Part shown: positions 41,846 to 50,818 of the stretch, in pieces
Position numbering within the stretch: the first letter of the stretch is position 1
Layout of the letters: each line of letters begins with the position of its first letter
Assembly: GCA_040285745.1 (NCBI GenBank)
Contig: JAUFOR010000004.1
Location: 62,001 to 126,000 of the forward strand
From: Barthelona sp. PCE
Taxonomy: Eukaryota
Direction: 5' to 3'
Length of the DNA stretch: 64,000 bases
Position numbers and translations under genes: made by a program
The notes under the pieces: generated by a model
Database searches by the model: none
Seen by the model: the letters and a program-made list of their open reading frames with translations, nothing else
What the model was told of the DNA's origin: nothing

Positions 41846-42242
41846 TTCACCATAGTTCCTTCCCTTATATGCAGCGGTAGTAAAGCCTGAAACTTTGATG
41901 ATTTACAGAGATCTAAGTTTGGGTATGGTGCCACGAAGGGGTCACCGAGGTCGGTGTGCGGAAGTCCACAAATCCGACTCTCGATACTAATAAATAGGTA
42001 TAAAATATACAAAAGAAAATAGGAAACCTTGATATAAGTGAACTAAGCAAATTCAACCCTGCTTCGTGTTCCATTCTCTAATTGTTCATCAATCTGGGAT
42101 CTTGAGGATCGGTTGCATGATCAACCACCCCACACTGTGGGTATTGTAAAAACTATAACAAACAAAGAGATCTTGTGGAATCCAGTAGCGCATATCTCAA
42201 TTTTTTACTTTTTTCACAGGTAGTCTCAACGATATCTTTTTA

Positions 42243-45200
42243 ATGTCCAAAGAAGGTACTTTTCAATCGTTCAATGTGAGTATTCCAATGGATAAAATAA
42301 GACTAAGTGATCCAAAAGAACAAAATAATGAAAGTTATCATGTCCGTGTTCACTTATACTCTAATGTGTGTCTTGAAGGTGGCTTACGTTCAGATTACCA
42401 TGAAGTAGGCTGTTTGGAAATACAAAACTGTGTTCTACCAAACTCTAATGATTTTAATGCTTATAAGTACGCGATATTAACTCACGAAGAGCTTTTAGCT
42501 ACTTATAACAATATTAAGGGGCCAAGACTGGCTCCTATATCACGTGATATGGTTTCAAAAGCTTCTTGTCATGTAATTGGCTTGTGTATCTTCACAGGTA
42601 AACACTATCTTCGCAGGATACTCAACGATGAACATATCAAGATCATCTGGAGTGCTTTGAAGAACAATTGGATAAAACCTGAGTTCGAAAAGGATGATTT
42701 TATACGCATGATTCGAGCAAGTAATATCAAGATTACGGACGCTGAACTGGCAAAAATGTTGAATGATGTGTATATTACGACTCCATCAAAACGCAGTTTT
42801 ATAACAGAACGTAGTTTAAAGTATGTGACTGATAATGCTAACACCAAATGTCAAGGAAATATTCATTATAACAAGGACACGTGTGAGTGGACTTGTACAG
42901 ACATTGGAATAATCCAGGATTCAATATTTCCACTTCGTTTCCAACAATTAACACTTCAAGAACATCAAATCACTAAGATGAAGGTATCACTTGCTAGAGT
43001 TAACGATGCTAGGGGCTTTGCTTTGCCATTTGTATTTTTAGTTATGGATAAAAGTTTGAAAAACATTAGATCTGAATACAGTCCAGGTTCTGAGAGGGCT
43101 TTCAGGGATTACACAACATATTACGGTGAGGTTGTACACCCTTACATTCTGGAAACCATTTTTAACTCTGCTTATGTTCAAGCAGCAAACAATTCAGAAA
43201 ACGTAACTCTTTTTATGGAATTTGATCTGTCAAGCGATGGATACAGTGCTGCACTTATTATGTTGAAGGTACCAACCGATCTGGAACTTGTTTGGGTCGA
43301 GCATCCATTTTTGGAGAGCTCTACGAAAATGTACACAAAAGATCATCTAATAATCACACTAGAGCAATATTTGGATTCTTTAAAAGGTAAGTTTATCATC
43401 TTTGATGTATTTACAACCGAGTTCACTGTTTCCCACGCAACTGAAGTTGTCATTAATCCTCTTGATTACCCAGATTTCACTGTGCGTAATTTTGAAGTAC
43501 CTGAAATCGACAAGGATGCGAAATACAAGCGTGCTCAGGATCTGTGCGAACAGTTTTTGTCTCGGCTTAAAAAATACAAAATCATCCAGTCATATTCAAT
43601 CATCGAGAGGAAAAACAGGGATCGCTGGTGCTTAGAAGATGTTATTATTGACATGGGTGATTCTGAAGTTAAGATTGTTGTTGGAACTGATAATGGCACG
43701 CCAGAACAGCTCGCCTTTCAAAAGATATGTGATGCATGCTCGTCAATATCACGAGTTCCATGTATTTGTCATGTTTTAAATAAGATTATGGCAAAAACCA
43801 GTGGGTTTGAGTTCTTTCCTAGTCATATTCAGCATCAATCCTTCATTCCTTATTTAGATAGGTTTAATTTGTTGAGAGTCTCCAATGAAACCGTCACTAT
43901 GGATATCATCGATCAAGTTTCACAAGAATCAACTGTTGAAGGGTTGTCTAAGAAGCTAGATTTATCAAATTTATTCACCAACCGTACCATTTCACGTTCT
44001 GCTGCTGCTCGACTTAACAGCGTTGTTTCTCTCCATGAAACTCATCCAATCTTTGCACTTTCTGAACCTGCAGCAGAGAATGAGAGTGTTACAGATGATA
44101 TTTCTGGTGCAACTATCAACAATTTAACAGAAGAATGGATCGAGTCATTTGTTCATTCTGACACTGAAGGTGGTTTGATTGCTGACGATAAGCTCATGTT
44201 TACCTTTGCATATACATCATTTCACGAATGTCAACACCTTCAAAACTTGTTAAGACAGAGCAATGCTTGCCTGTTAGGCGTTGATTTGACCTTAAGTAAC
44301 TCTCTTTCAAATGATGCCTATCGTTTCAATGTACTTGAGCATTATACTGAATTCCTTGATCATCTTGCCATGATTTCTTTAGAGAAATATGCAAAAATGT
44401 TGGATGATCAGCAGAAATCTCTCGCCAATTTTTCAAAGATACAGACGCTGTTAACAGTTGATACTATGCGTGTGTTTTATAAATACCATACAGTCTGGTG
44501 TGAAGTAACGGGAAGATCCATATCTCTTTCGAATGTTCGTTGGGATACACTGGAATGGATTTATGATGTATTGTGTGGTGGACTGTACATGGACATCCCC
44601 AAGATACTATTTTTACCTGAGGGAACAGAAACAATTCCTGATGATTTTGCAATAACATGGTCTCATTTTAAGATCACTAAAAAGTTTCTTCGTCTGAAGT
44701 ACCACGAAGTTAAGGATTTGGCGATTAAGCGGATGTTAAAGAGCAATAATACTGTTTGTGACGAGGATCATTATCGGCATTTTCTTTCTCCTTTTTATGA
44801 GGCCATGAAGGATGGGAATAAGCAGCCTCATGGATTTTCTCTGGGCCCTGATATGTGGGTATTGGCAAGGAATTATTTTTCTACTTATTCTCGTATGATC
44901 TTCATTCAACGTATGAGCAGTAAGAATGATTTTTCAGTTTTACAATCATATTTCCAAGTTTCCATACTTTTACTTGAATTGCGAAAGTGGCGCTCAGATT
45001 TCAAGGTTAGAAATGCAACAAGCCTTGCTACAATATACCATGATGGTCTTTTTGAGTATGTTCGTCATTATTTTTGCAAATTCCTCATCATGCCCGAACC
45101 TTTGGTGGCTTTTCTTCTCTCAGATTTAAGCACTGTTGAGCTCCAGGATCATAATATGGAGGTTAAAGATATCACAAATGATAAACCCCGAAAGAGTTGT

Positions 45201-45986
45201 TTGAAGGAAGAATTATACGAACTGTATGTTGATGCAAAGATACCCAATATTAACAGAGCAGGTTTAGTTGAGGTTACAGAGAAGGAACTTGTAAGACTAA
45301 AAGGTATGATGGTTTTTTCATTTTTACCCACCAAGTTCAAGCGCTGTGGAAGTGAATGTCCCGCATTACATCTTATTAGTGATCACGTTTATGTTAATAT
45401 GGCAAAAGATTTTAATGATCCTTTGTTGTATAGAGGGTTAGTGGGGTATATAATTTCTATTCTTTGTACCAATTACTATTTAGACTTTTCACCATCCAAT
45501 GAAGATCGAAAGAAGGTCGTAATGCGCTATACACCAGAAGTGGAACCCCAAACAATTGTATTACCATTATCGACAGGCTTTCTCAGTCCTAGTCGCCGTT
45601 CTTCCAATCGTATGGAGAGTGAACTATCTCCAAGTGCCCAAAGTGTGCATGAGCCCCCTTTAAGTGCTCAAAGGGTGGCCGATGAGTTCGATTTCAATGA
45701 TACAGGTATTAGAGAAAGAGATGTTCGTGCAGCACTTGTTCATGGCCACACCCACGAATCTGTGAAGGGTTTACCCGGTTTCCGAGCTATAATTAGACAA
45801 CACAGCAGTGCATCTGCCAGCAATTCTGGAGTTGAGCGTGAATTTTCTATGTTAAAAAGACTGCATTCCAAGAATCAAACCAAATTATCAACTCATATAC
45901 GTTTTAATTGGTTTTTATTAAATGAAGCTTCTGCAGCCCCAAGGATTACGTATGATGAACTGAAAGAAATAGTGAAGACTATCTAA
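42243..45986 (+). CDS. hAT-family DDE transposase, unusually long (1,247 aa)
   Basis: Candidate D1 FIIFDVFT (D codon 43404), D2 VGTDNG (43689), CxxH PCICHVLN (43761), RW motif NVRWDT (44538), and the catalytic E in the hAT C-terminal motif SASNSGVEREFS (45834). The ORF lies between the TIRs. Confidence 0.88.
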   Translation: MSKEGTFQSFNVSIPMDKIRLSDPKEQNNESYHVRVHLYSNVCLEGGLRSDYHEVGCLEIQNCVLPNSNDFNAYKYAILTHEELLATYNNIKGPRLAPISRDMVSKASCHVIGLCIFTGKHYLRRILNDEHIKIIWSALKNNWIKPEFEKDDFIRMIRASNIKITDAELAKMLNDVYITTPSKRSFITERSLKYVTDNANTKCQGNIHYNKDTCEWTCTDIGIIQDSIFPLRFQQLTLQEHQITKMKVSLARVNDARGFALPFVFLVMDKSLKNIRSEYSPGSERAFRDYTTYYGEVVHPYILETIFNSAYVQAANNSENVTLFMEFDLSSDGYSAALIMLKVPTDLELVWVEHPFLESSTKMYTKDHLIITLEQYLDSLKGKFIIFDVFTTEFTVSHATEVVINPLDYPDFTVRNFEVPEIDKDAKYKRAQDLCEQFLSRLKKYKIIQSYSIIERKNRDRWCLEDVIIDMGDSEVKIVVGTDNGTPEQLAFQKICDACSSISRVPCICHVLNKIMAKTSGFEFFPSHIQHQSFIPYLDRFNLLRVSNETVTMDIIDQVSQESTVEGLSKKLDLSNLFTNRTISRSAAARLNSVVSLHETHPIFALSEPAAENESVTDDISGATINNLTEEWIESFVHSDTEGGLIADDKLMFTFAYTSFHECQHLQNLLRQSNACLLGVDLTLSNSLSNDAYRFNVLEHYTEFLDHLAMISLEKYAKMLDDQQKSLANFSKIQTLLTVDTMRVFYKYHTVWCEVTGRSISLSNVRWDTLEWIYDVLCGGLYMDIPKILFLPEGTETIPDDFAITWSHFKITKKFLRLKYHEVKDLAIKRMLKSNNTVCDEDHYRHFLSPFYEAMKDGNKQPHGFSLGPDMWVLARNYFSTYSRMIFIQRMSSKNDFSVLQSYFQVSILLLELRKWRSDFKVRNATSLATIYHDGLFEYVRHYFCKFLIMPEPLVAFLLSDLSTVELQDHNMEVKDITNDKPRKSCLKEELYELYVDAKIPNINRAGLVEVTEKELVRLKGMMVFSFLPTKFKRCGSECPALHLISDHVYVNMAKDFNDPLLYRGLVGYIISILCTNYYLDFSPSNEDRKKVVMRYTPEVEPQTIVLPLSTGFLSPSRRSSNRMESELSPSAQSVHEPPLSAQRVADEFDFNDTGIRERDVRAALVHGHTHESVKGLPGFRAIIRQHSSASASNSGVEREFSMLKRLHSKNQTKLSTHIRFNWFLLNEASAAPRITYDELKEIVKTI

Positions 45987-46233
45987 TTTCAATTTTTTCA
46001 TTTTTATGATGGAGAAACATTTTTGTGGATTTATTGTAGGGTATCTGGTTCACAAGGTACATGAAAGCTTTCACATGTATTTCTGAGCACTCTAATATTG
46101 CGATATGTTTGTAAATTTGTACTGGAAAATTTCGGTAGTAGAAAGCGGAACAACTGCTGCCAACCAACTACTGCCAAATTTTTTTTCTTTTATGCTTTTA
46201 CAATGACAACGTTAATAGCTTGGATCCGTCTCC

Positions 46234-46288
46234 TCATGCCATTAACCTTTCCACCCCCCTAGTGTACAGTCTGCTTGCTCCATGTCTA
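46234..46288 (-). repeat. Right terminal inverted repeat (55 bp)
   Basis: Reverse complement reads TAGACATGGAGCAAGCAGACTGTACACTAGGGGGGTGGAAAGGTTAATGGCATGA; 4 mismatches to the left TIR. Confidence 0.95.
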
Positions 46289-46319
46289 CAAAATTCCTGT
46301 TTTTCAATTTTCCATTGTT

Positions 46320-49300
46320 ATGGCCTTAATTTTGCTTAAATTTCTTCTTTTTACACTCTTTGTTACATTTTCACAAGGAAAAAGCTGTTATTTTGATGAA
46401 GTGATCAGCTTATCACCTGGTCTCAACACATTTGCAAAACTTCGGGATGACTGCACCATAACACTTAAGAATCTGAAGGATGAAGGACATTATTCTTTAG
46501 CTTTTGTTGAAAGCAATATCACAGTAGCTTTTTTTGAGAATGAAAACCATCCATTATTTAATAAGATATTGCTTGAAAATTCGGATGTTAAATTCATCCC
46601 TGTGCTCGATGCTCAGCGAATGTCTCTCATAAAAGCAGATAAAATCAGCATATCAAATTCTGTAGTTGCAGATCTTAATATTAAAGCAATAAGCTCAACA
46701 TCTAATGTTACAATGTATAATTCGACCACGCTTGGTGAAGTGAAATACTATAATTTTTTGAATGGTTGTTTTAATAACATAACAAATGATGGTCGAGATC
46801 TTAAGTTTAAAACACAAGTTACAAATTCCTTTGTTTCACTTTCTTCATCAAAATTTAGCTTCAACTCTTGGACCGAATTACATTCGGATACTATTAATGT
46901 GACTGATCTGGTCCAATCAGACCTAAGGTTATATTTCGCCAACGCAATATACTTAAATCTTCACGAGATTATAACTGATCTTTCCTTTCATATATACACT
47001 GATAGAATAGATTACATTCATCTTTTTAATTGTAATAACAGCAAATTATATGTTCGTGGATCAACGAGAAAAAATCATGGTTTTAAGATGATTGAATCGG
47101 ATTTTCAAAGTATTGAGTTGTCTAAAATGTATGTGTCGTATCTACTATTACATGATATGAGATTTTCACACTTAAATTTGAACGGTACTACAATAGGATT
47201 GCTGCAAGAATCATCAATAGACCATTTTTACATCAGTAATGTAGATTTTCAAAATCAATTTTTACATTTTTATGATACCAGTGATAAAATGTCTATATTA
47301 AACTTTGTATTGAAAGATTGCATCATCCATGATATTGATTACACAAAGAGCAAACCTCGAGAAGATGTTGGTAATTATCTGATGCCAAACGCTAACAAAA
47401 TTCAATTAACAAATTCAACCTTTAGAAATATAACACTAACAAATGATCTATACATGAAAAAACAACTGACCATGCAAGCAATTATTTCTGATTGCACCTT
47501 TTTTGATTGTGATTTTCTGTTGAAGGTTGATAATGGGGTAGATATCATAAACAGTGGATTGCATAATGTTAGAATTAAGGATAAAATCACATTAATAAGA
47601 TTTCAAGACAGTGTTTTCGATCACATAGCCTTTACCAAAATGTCTACGTTCTTATACAAGCACTACTCATTTGTCTCCAACTGTTCGTTTTTTAATATTG
47701 CAAACACTTTAAGTTTGTTTTATATTCAGGAACATTCTAGTGCATATGCAGTGCAAGCTCAAAAATTAGTGTTCCGTAACATTGATATCAATGGATTCAT
47801 TTTTGCAGTTAGCCGTCACAGTCCTGGATTTGTAGAAGCCTCTCTTGAAGATATCAGTATTTCAAGATTTAGTGGAATTGGTATTTGGAATATCGAGAGT
47901 GATGTTCAATTACCTCTATTCAGTGTGAATAACCTTATTGTTACCCATTCTATAATGAATTCAGTATTTTTACTGTCTTCAGTTAACAGCTCACCAATGA
48001 GTATCTCAATGACAAACGTTTCGATTGACGTTTCTGCAGATGTATTGTTAACTGCACAGGAACATGTCAAAGCAATTAATCTGACGAATATTTCAGTTAT
48101 TTTTCAGAAGCAAAGTGTATTGCTTCTGCTTTCAACCGAAGAAAAATATGCTTCAGTTTCACTTTTCAATACCACAGTTACCATGGACAGTAATTCTGTT
48201 CTCATATTGGAGGATTCTTGGCATGCAAGCTTTGAGTACTCGTTCCGATATGTAACAGTGCGTGACACATATATAGGCGATGGTTTCCAATCGTTAATGT
48301 ATTTAAAAGAAGCCATCTTTGAAACAATTGAGAACAGTTTGTTCGAAACTCAACGCAGAATTGCTTCTGTGAGCTATCTTTTCCTAACAGAACAAAGTCA
48401 GTCCATTGTTGATCGGGTTCAGGCACTGCACTGCATTGGATGTGATGATTCACGCGAGATTCTGTATGAAGCATACACAAGACGGGTTGGCATCAACACA
48501 CTTCTTGAAGGACACGTGTCGGTTGTTTTTGGTGCACACAGTAGGCAGGCCATTGATCAACCGTGGGAGATCGTGTACATGACACGTCCTTCGTTCTCTT
48601 TAAATCATACGAAACTGTGGAATGTTCCAACTGCGCTGCTCAGTATTGACATCGATCTTATCGATTATCCAGGTTTGATGATTTCGATTTTTGACGCAAA
48701 CGGGCTTGTGACCCGATCTTTGACAGAGAATACATACTGTAAGGCTGGATACGGCTTTGATAAATTCGATCGGACTTGTATTGGATGTTCATCAGGGCAT
48801 TATCAGTTCCAACTTTCTAATGAGCCGCAATGCTTCACGGCTGAAAACTTGCAGAGCGACTTCCTACGTGTTCGGTTATCGGGTACTATGTACTCAGTTG
48901 ACCCAGGAAATTTCATTGTTGAGAGCGATAACACGACGTACCTCATGGACTGTATGAACTCTTTTTGCACCGGTCTTCTTGTAGAAGCAGGCCTCAGTGG
49001 AAAATCATTTTACAACATGCATGTTCCCAGTGCAGAATTTGATGTGTACAGATATAGCGACAAATTCATTTATGAAGTTTCAGGATGTGCGTTAGGCCAT
49101 CATGGGACAGCGTGTACCGAATGCGTGAATCGTTTGATGATCAAGGATGATATGTATCAGGGATTTTACAACTTCTTAACACAGGGGTGTATTCTTGTTC
49201 GTGAAAAGCACCGTAATCTCGCCTATTTTGTACTTCCGATCCAACTAATACTGCTGACTCTGGGAATCAAGTACTACCATGTGCTGCAGCGTATCCCATG

Positions 49301-50498
49301 GCTTTCCATTGTTGGTAAACGGGATGATAACGATCTGCACATTACTGATTTTGAGGTATTCAGTCTCATGTCCATCGTAAAGGACTATATGCTCGTTCTC
49401 TGGCCGCTTGTGTTCAATACAGATTCGTTCGACACTATTATACAATCGAAAACAGGAATCCGTGCCTTTTTTTCGCTGCTGATTAATCCTCTTGCAACAG
49501 TTTGTATGGCAATCGACTTTAAATGGGGAAGTAGCCTTGTTTTGACAACTTTTATATCAGTATTTTACATGGTTGGTTTCTTTTATTCGTTCCTAAACTA
49601 TCTCACAAGCAAAAAAGCTACTCGTTTTCTTTTTATTCTTTTGCCAGCGTTTGTTTTGGTTTTCGTTTCACGAGAATCACTTTGGGAAATGTTAATATGG
49701 GGTGCTTTTGCAACAGTTTTTCTCATCATCCTTGCAACAGACTACCAATTAAACGCACTTTCTTCTTTTTTCTTGTTGATTGCACCGTTTGCATTCTCAC
49801 TGTTATGGTGGGACTCTCGTGGAGGACTGACTTATACATGTAGTATTATGTTTGTTGTGATACTTATGTTTGTGATTGTAAGGAAGCCCAAAGTCAGCGT
49901 CATGACTGGTCTTAATTACTATTTCCTCCCGTATATTTTCAAAGGAATCCTGCTTGTTGCAGTGCCCGTCAAGTTTAGTGACATTTATGGCCTTAGTAAT
50001 CTTAGTGGCTATCATTCAATTGTGGACTTTGAAAATCCTTACAACAGTTACAGAGTTGTTCTTATCGTATTAATGATACTTTTTTGCTTCATGAGCTATT
50101 CCGTTGCTCGTAAGCTCACAAAAACTGGTGATGCAAGCAAAACTGGTTATGATCTCTTTATATTCATCCTAGTAATAGGCAGATCTCTGTATACGTTCCT
50201 GTCATATATAGTGCATGATTACCTACCGAATTATATATTTCTGTTGAGTCTTCTTACCTATGTGCAGTTTAAAAAACCCTTCAAGACAATCAATAACCTG
50301 ATGCTGAGAATATCATTTTTTGTTACCTTTTTCAGCGCTGTTTCGGGCTTTTTCTTTAAAATTGACAACCTTCAAATCTCACTTATTGTAGTATTACCTT
50401 GTCTTCTGGTAGCTTTGAATGGTATTCTGATGAAATCGTCCATTGACATCAAGAGTAGTTTTGTCGAGAACAGTGCCTTTCTTTTGGAAGATCTTTAA
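46320..50498 (+). CDS. Surface membrane protein: signal peptide, beta-helix-like ectodomain, Cys-rich region, multi-pass TM C-terminus (~1,392 aa)
   Basis: MALILLKFLLFTLFVTFSQG signal peptide at ATG 46320; I/N/S/F-rich repeats; CKAGYG..CIGCSSGHYQ and GCALGHHGTACTEC; more than 8 hydrophobic segments in the last ~430 aa. Confidence 0.8.
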   Translation: MALILLKFLLFTLFVTFSQGKSCYFDEVISLSPGLNTFAKLRDDCTITLKNLKDEGHYSLAFVESNITVAFFENENHPLFNKILLENSDVKFIPVLDAQRMSLIKADKISISNSVVADLNIKAISSTSNVTMYNSTTLGEVKYYNFLNGCFNNITNDGRDLKFKTQVTNSFVSLSSSKFSFNSWTELHSDTINVTDLVQSDLRLYFANAIYLNLHEIITDLSFHIYTDRIDYIHLFNCNNSKLYVRGSTRKNHGFKMIESDFQSIELSKMYVSYLLLHDMRFSHLNLNGTTIGLLQESSIDHFYISNVDFQNQFLHFYDTSDKMSILNFVLKDCIIHDIDYTKSKPREDVGNYLMPNANKIQLTNSTFRNITLTNDLYMKKQLTMQAIISDCTFFDCDFLLKVDNGVDIINSGLHNVRIKDKITLIRFQDSVFDHIAFTKMSTFLYKHYSFVSNCSFFNIANTLSLFYIQEHSSAYAVQAQKLVFRNIDINGFIFAVSRHSPGFVEASLEDISISRFSGIGIWNIESDVQLPLFSVNNLIVTHSIMNSVFLLSSVNSSPMSISMTNVSIDVSADVLLTAQEHVKAINLTNISVIFQKQSVLLLLSTEEKYASVSLFNTTVTMDSNSVLILEDSWHASFEYSFRYVTVRDTYIGDGFQSLMYLKEAIFETIENSLFETQRRIASVSYLFLTEQSQSIVDRVQALHCIGCDDSREILYEAYTRRVGINTLLEGHVSVVFGAHSRQAIDQPWEIVYMTRPSFSLNHTKLWNVPTALLSIDIDLIDYPGLMISIFDANGLVTRSLTENTYCKAGYGFDKFDRTCIGCSSGHYQFQLSNEPQCFTAENLQSDFLRVRLSGTMYSVDPGNFIVESDNTTYLMDCMNSFCTGLLVEAGLSGKSFYNMHVPSAEFDVYRYSDKFIYEVSGCALGHHGTACTECVNRLMIKDDMYQGFYNFLTQGCILVREKHRNLAYFVLPIQLILLTLGIKYYHVLQRIPWLSIVGKRDDNDLHITDFEVFSLMSIVKDYMLVLWPLVFNTDSFDTIIQSKTGIRAFFSLLINPLATVCMAIDFKWGSSLVLTTFISVFYMVGFFYSFLNYLTSKKATRFLFILLPAFVLVFVSRESLWEMLIWGAFATVFLIILATDYQLNALSSFFLLIAPFAFSLLWWDSRGGLTYTCSIMFVVILMFVIVRKPKVSVMTGLNYYFLPYIFKGILLVAVPVKFSDIYGLSNLSGYHSIVDFENPYNSYRVVLIVLMILFCFMSYSVARKLTKTGDASKTGYDLFIFILVIGRSLYTFLSYIVHDYLPNYIFLLSLLTYVQFKKPFKTINNLMLRISFFVTFFSAVSGFFFKIDNLQISLIVVLPCLLVALNGILMKSSIDIKSSFVENSAFLLEDL

Positions 50499-50818
50499 CG
50501 TGTCAATGGGAAATTATGTATTTCATGTGGTAAAAGAATGAAAGCATAATGAAGAAAACTGCATATGAATAATCTCAATTCTCCTTTTTAGATCCTTTTT
50601 CAGTAAGCAGTTCGAAAAATACGACCCTTAATGATGATAATGGCGTCTAAATACCTTATTCTAAAAGCTGGGATTCTATTTTCTTTTTTCTTTTTTTTCG
50701 AACTGCAAAAACATGTAAATAAATAACAATGTGGTTTTTTTTCGGTGGTCAAATAGTCATACAACGAATAGAGTTTCGTTTGCAATCTGTACCATTGTTT
50801 TTTACCTATTCATACTAA

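Larger units (their letters stand above)
41791..46288 (+). mobile_element. Complete hAT-superfamily DNA transposon, 4,498 bp, with 55-bp TIRs and 8-bp TSD
   Basis: The left end 41791-41845 and right end 46234-46288 are inverted repeats (51/55 identical) beginning CAG/TAG. Identical CAAAATTC at 41783-41790 and 46289-46296 flanks them. The element encloses one ORF with hAT transposase motifs. Confidence 0.93.

Noticed and set aside
41885-41905. CTGAAAC/TGATGA words suggesting a hammerhead ribozyme in the transposon 5' region
   Set aside because: The core is not CUGANGA...GAAA in the right order with flanking stems.
46275-46319. ORF-track TTG start of the 1407-aa protein
   Set aside because: It lies inside the transposon's right TIR/TSD; ATG 46320 gives a clean signal peptide. 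Other upstream starts in the track (82, 25932, 34262, 36996, 39576, 40530, 57445) were trimmed or extended for similar reasons.
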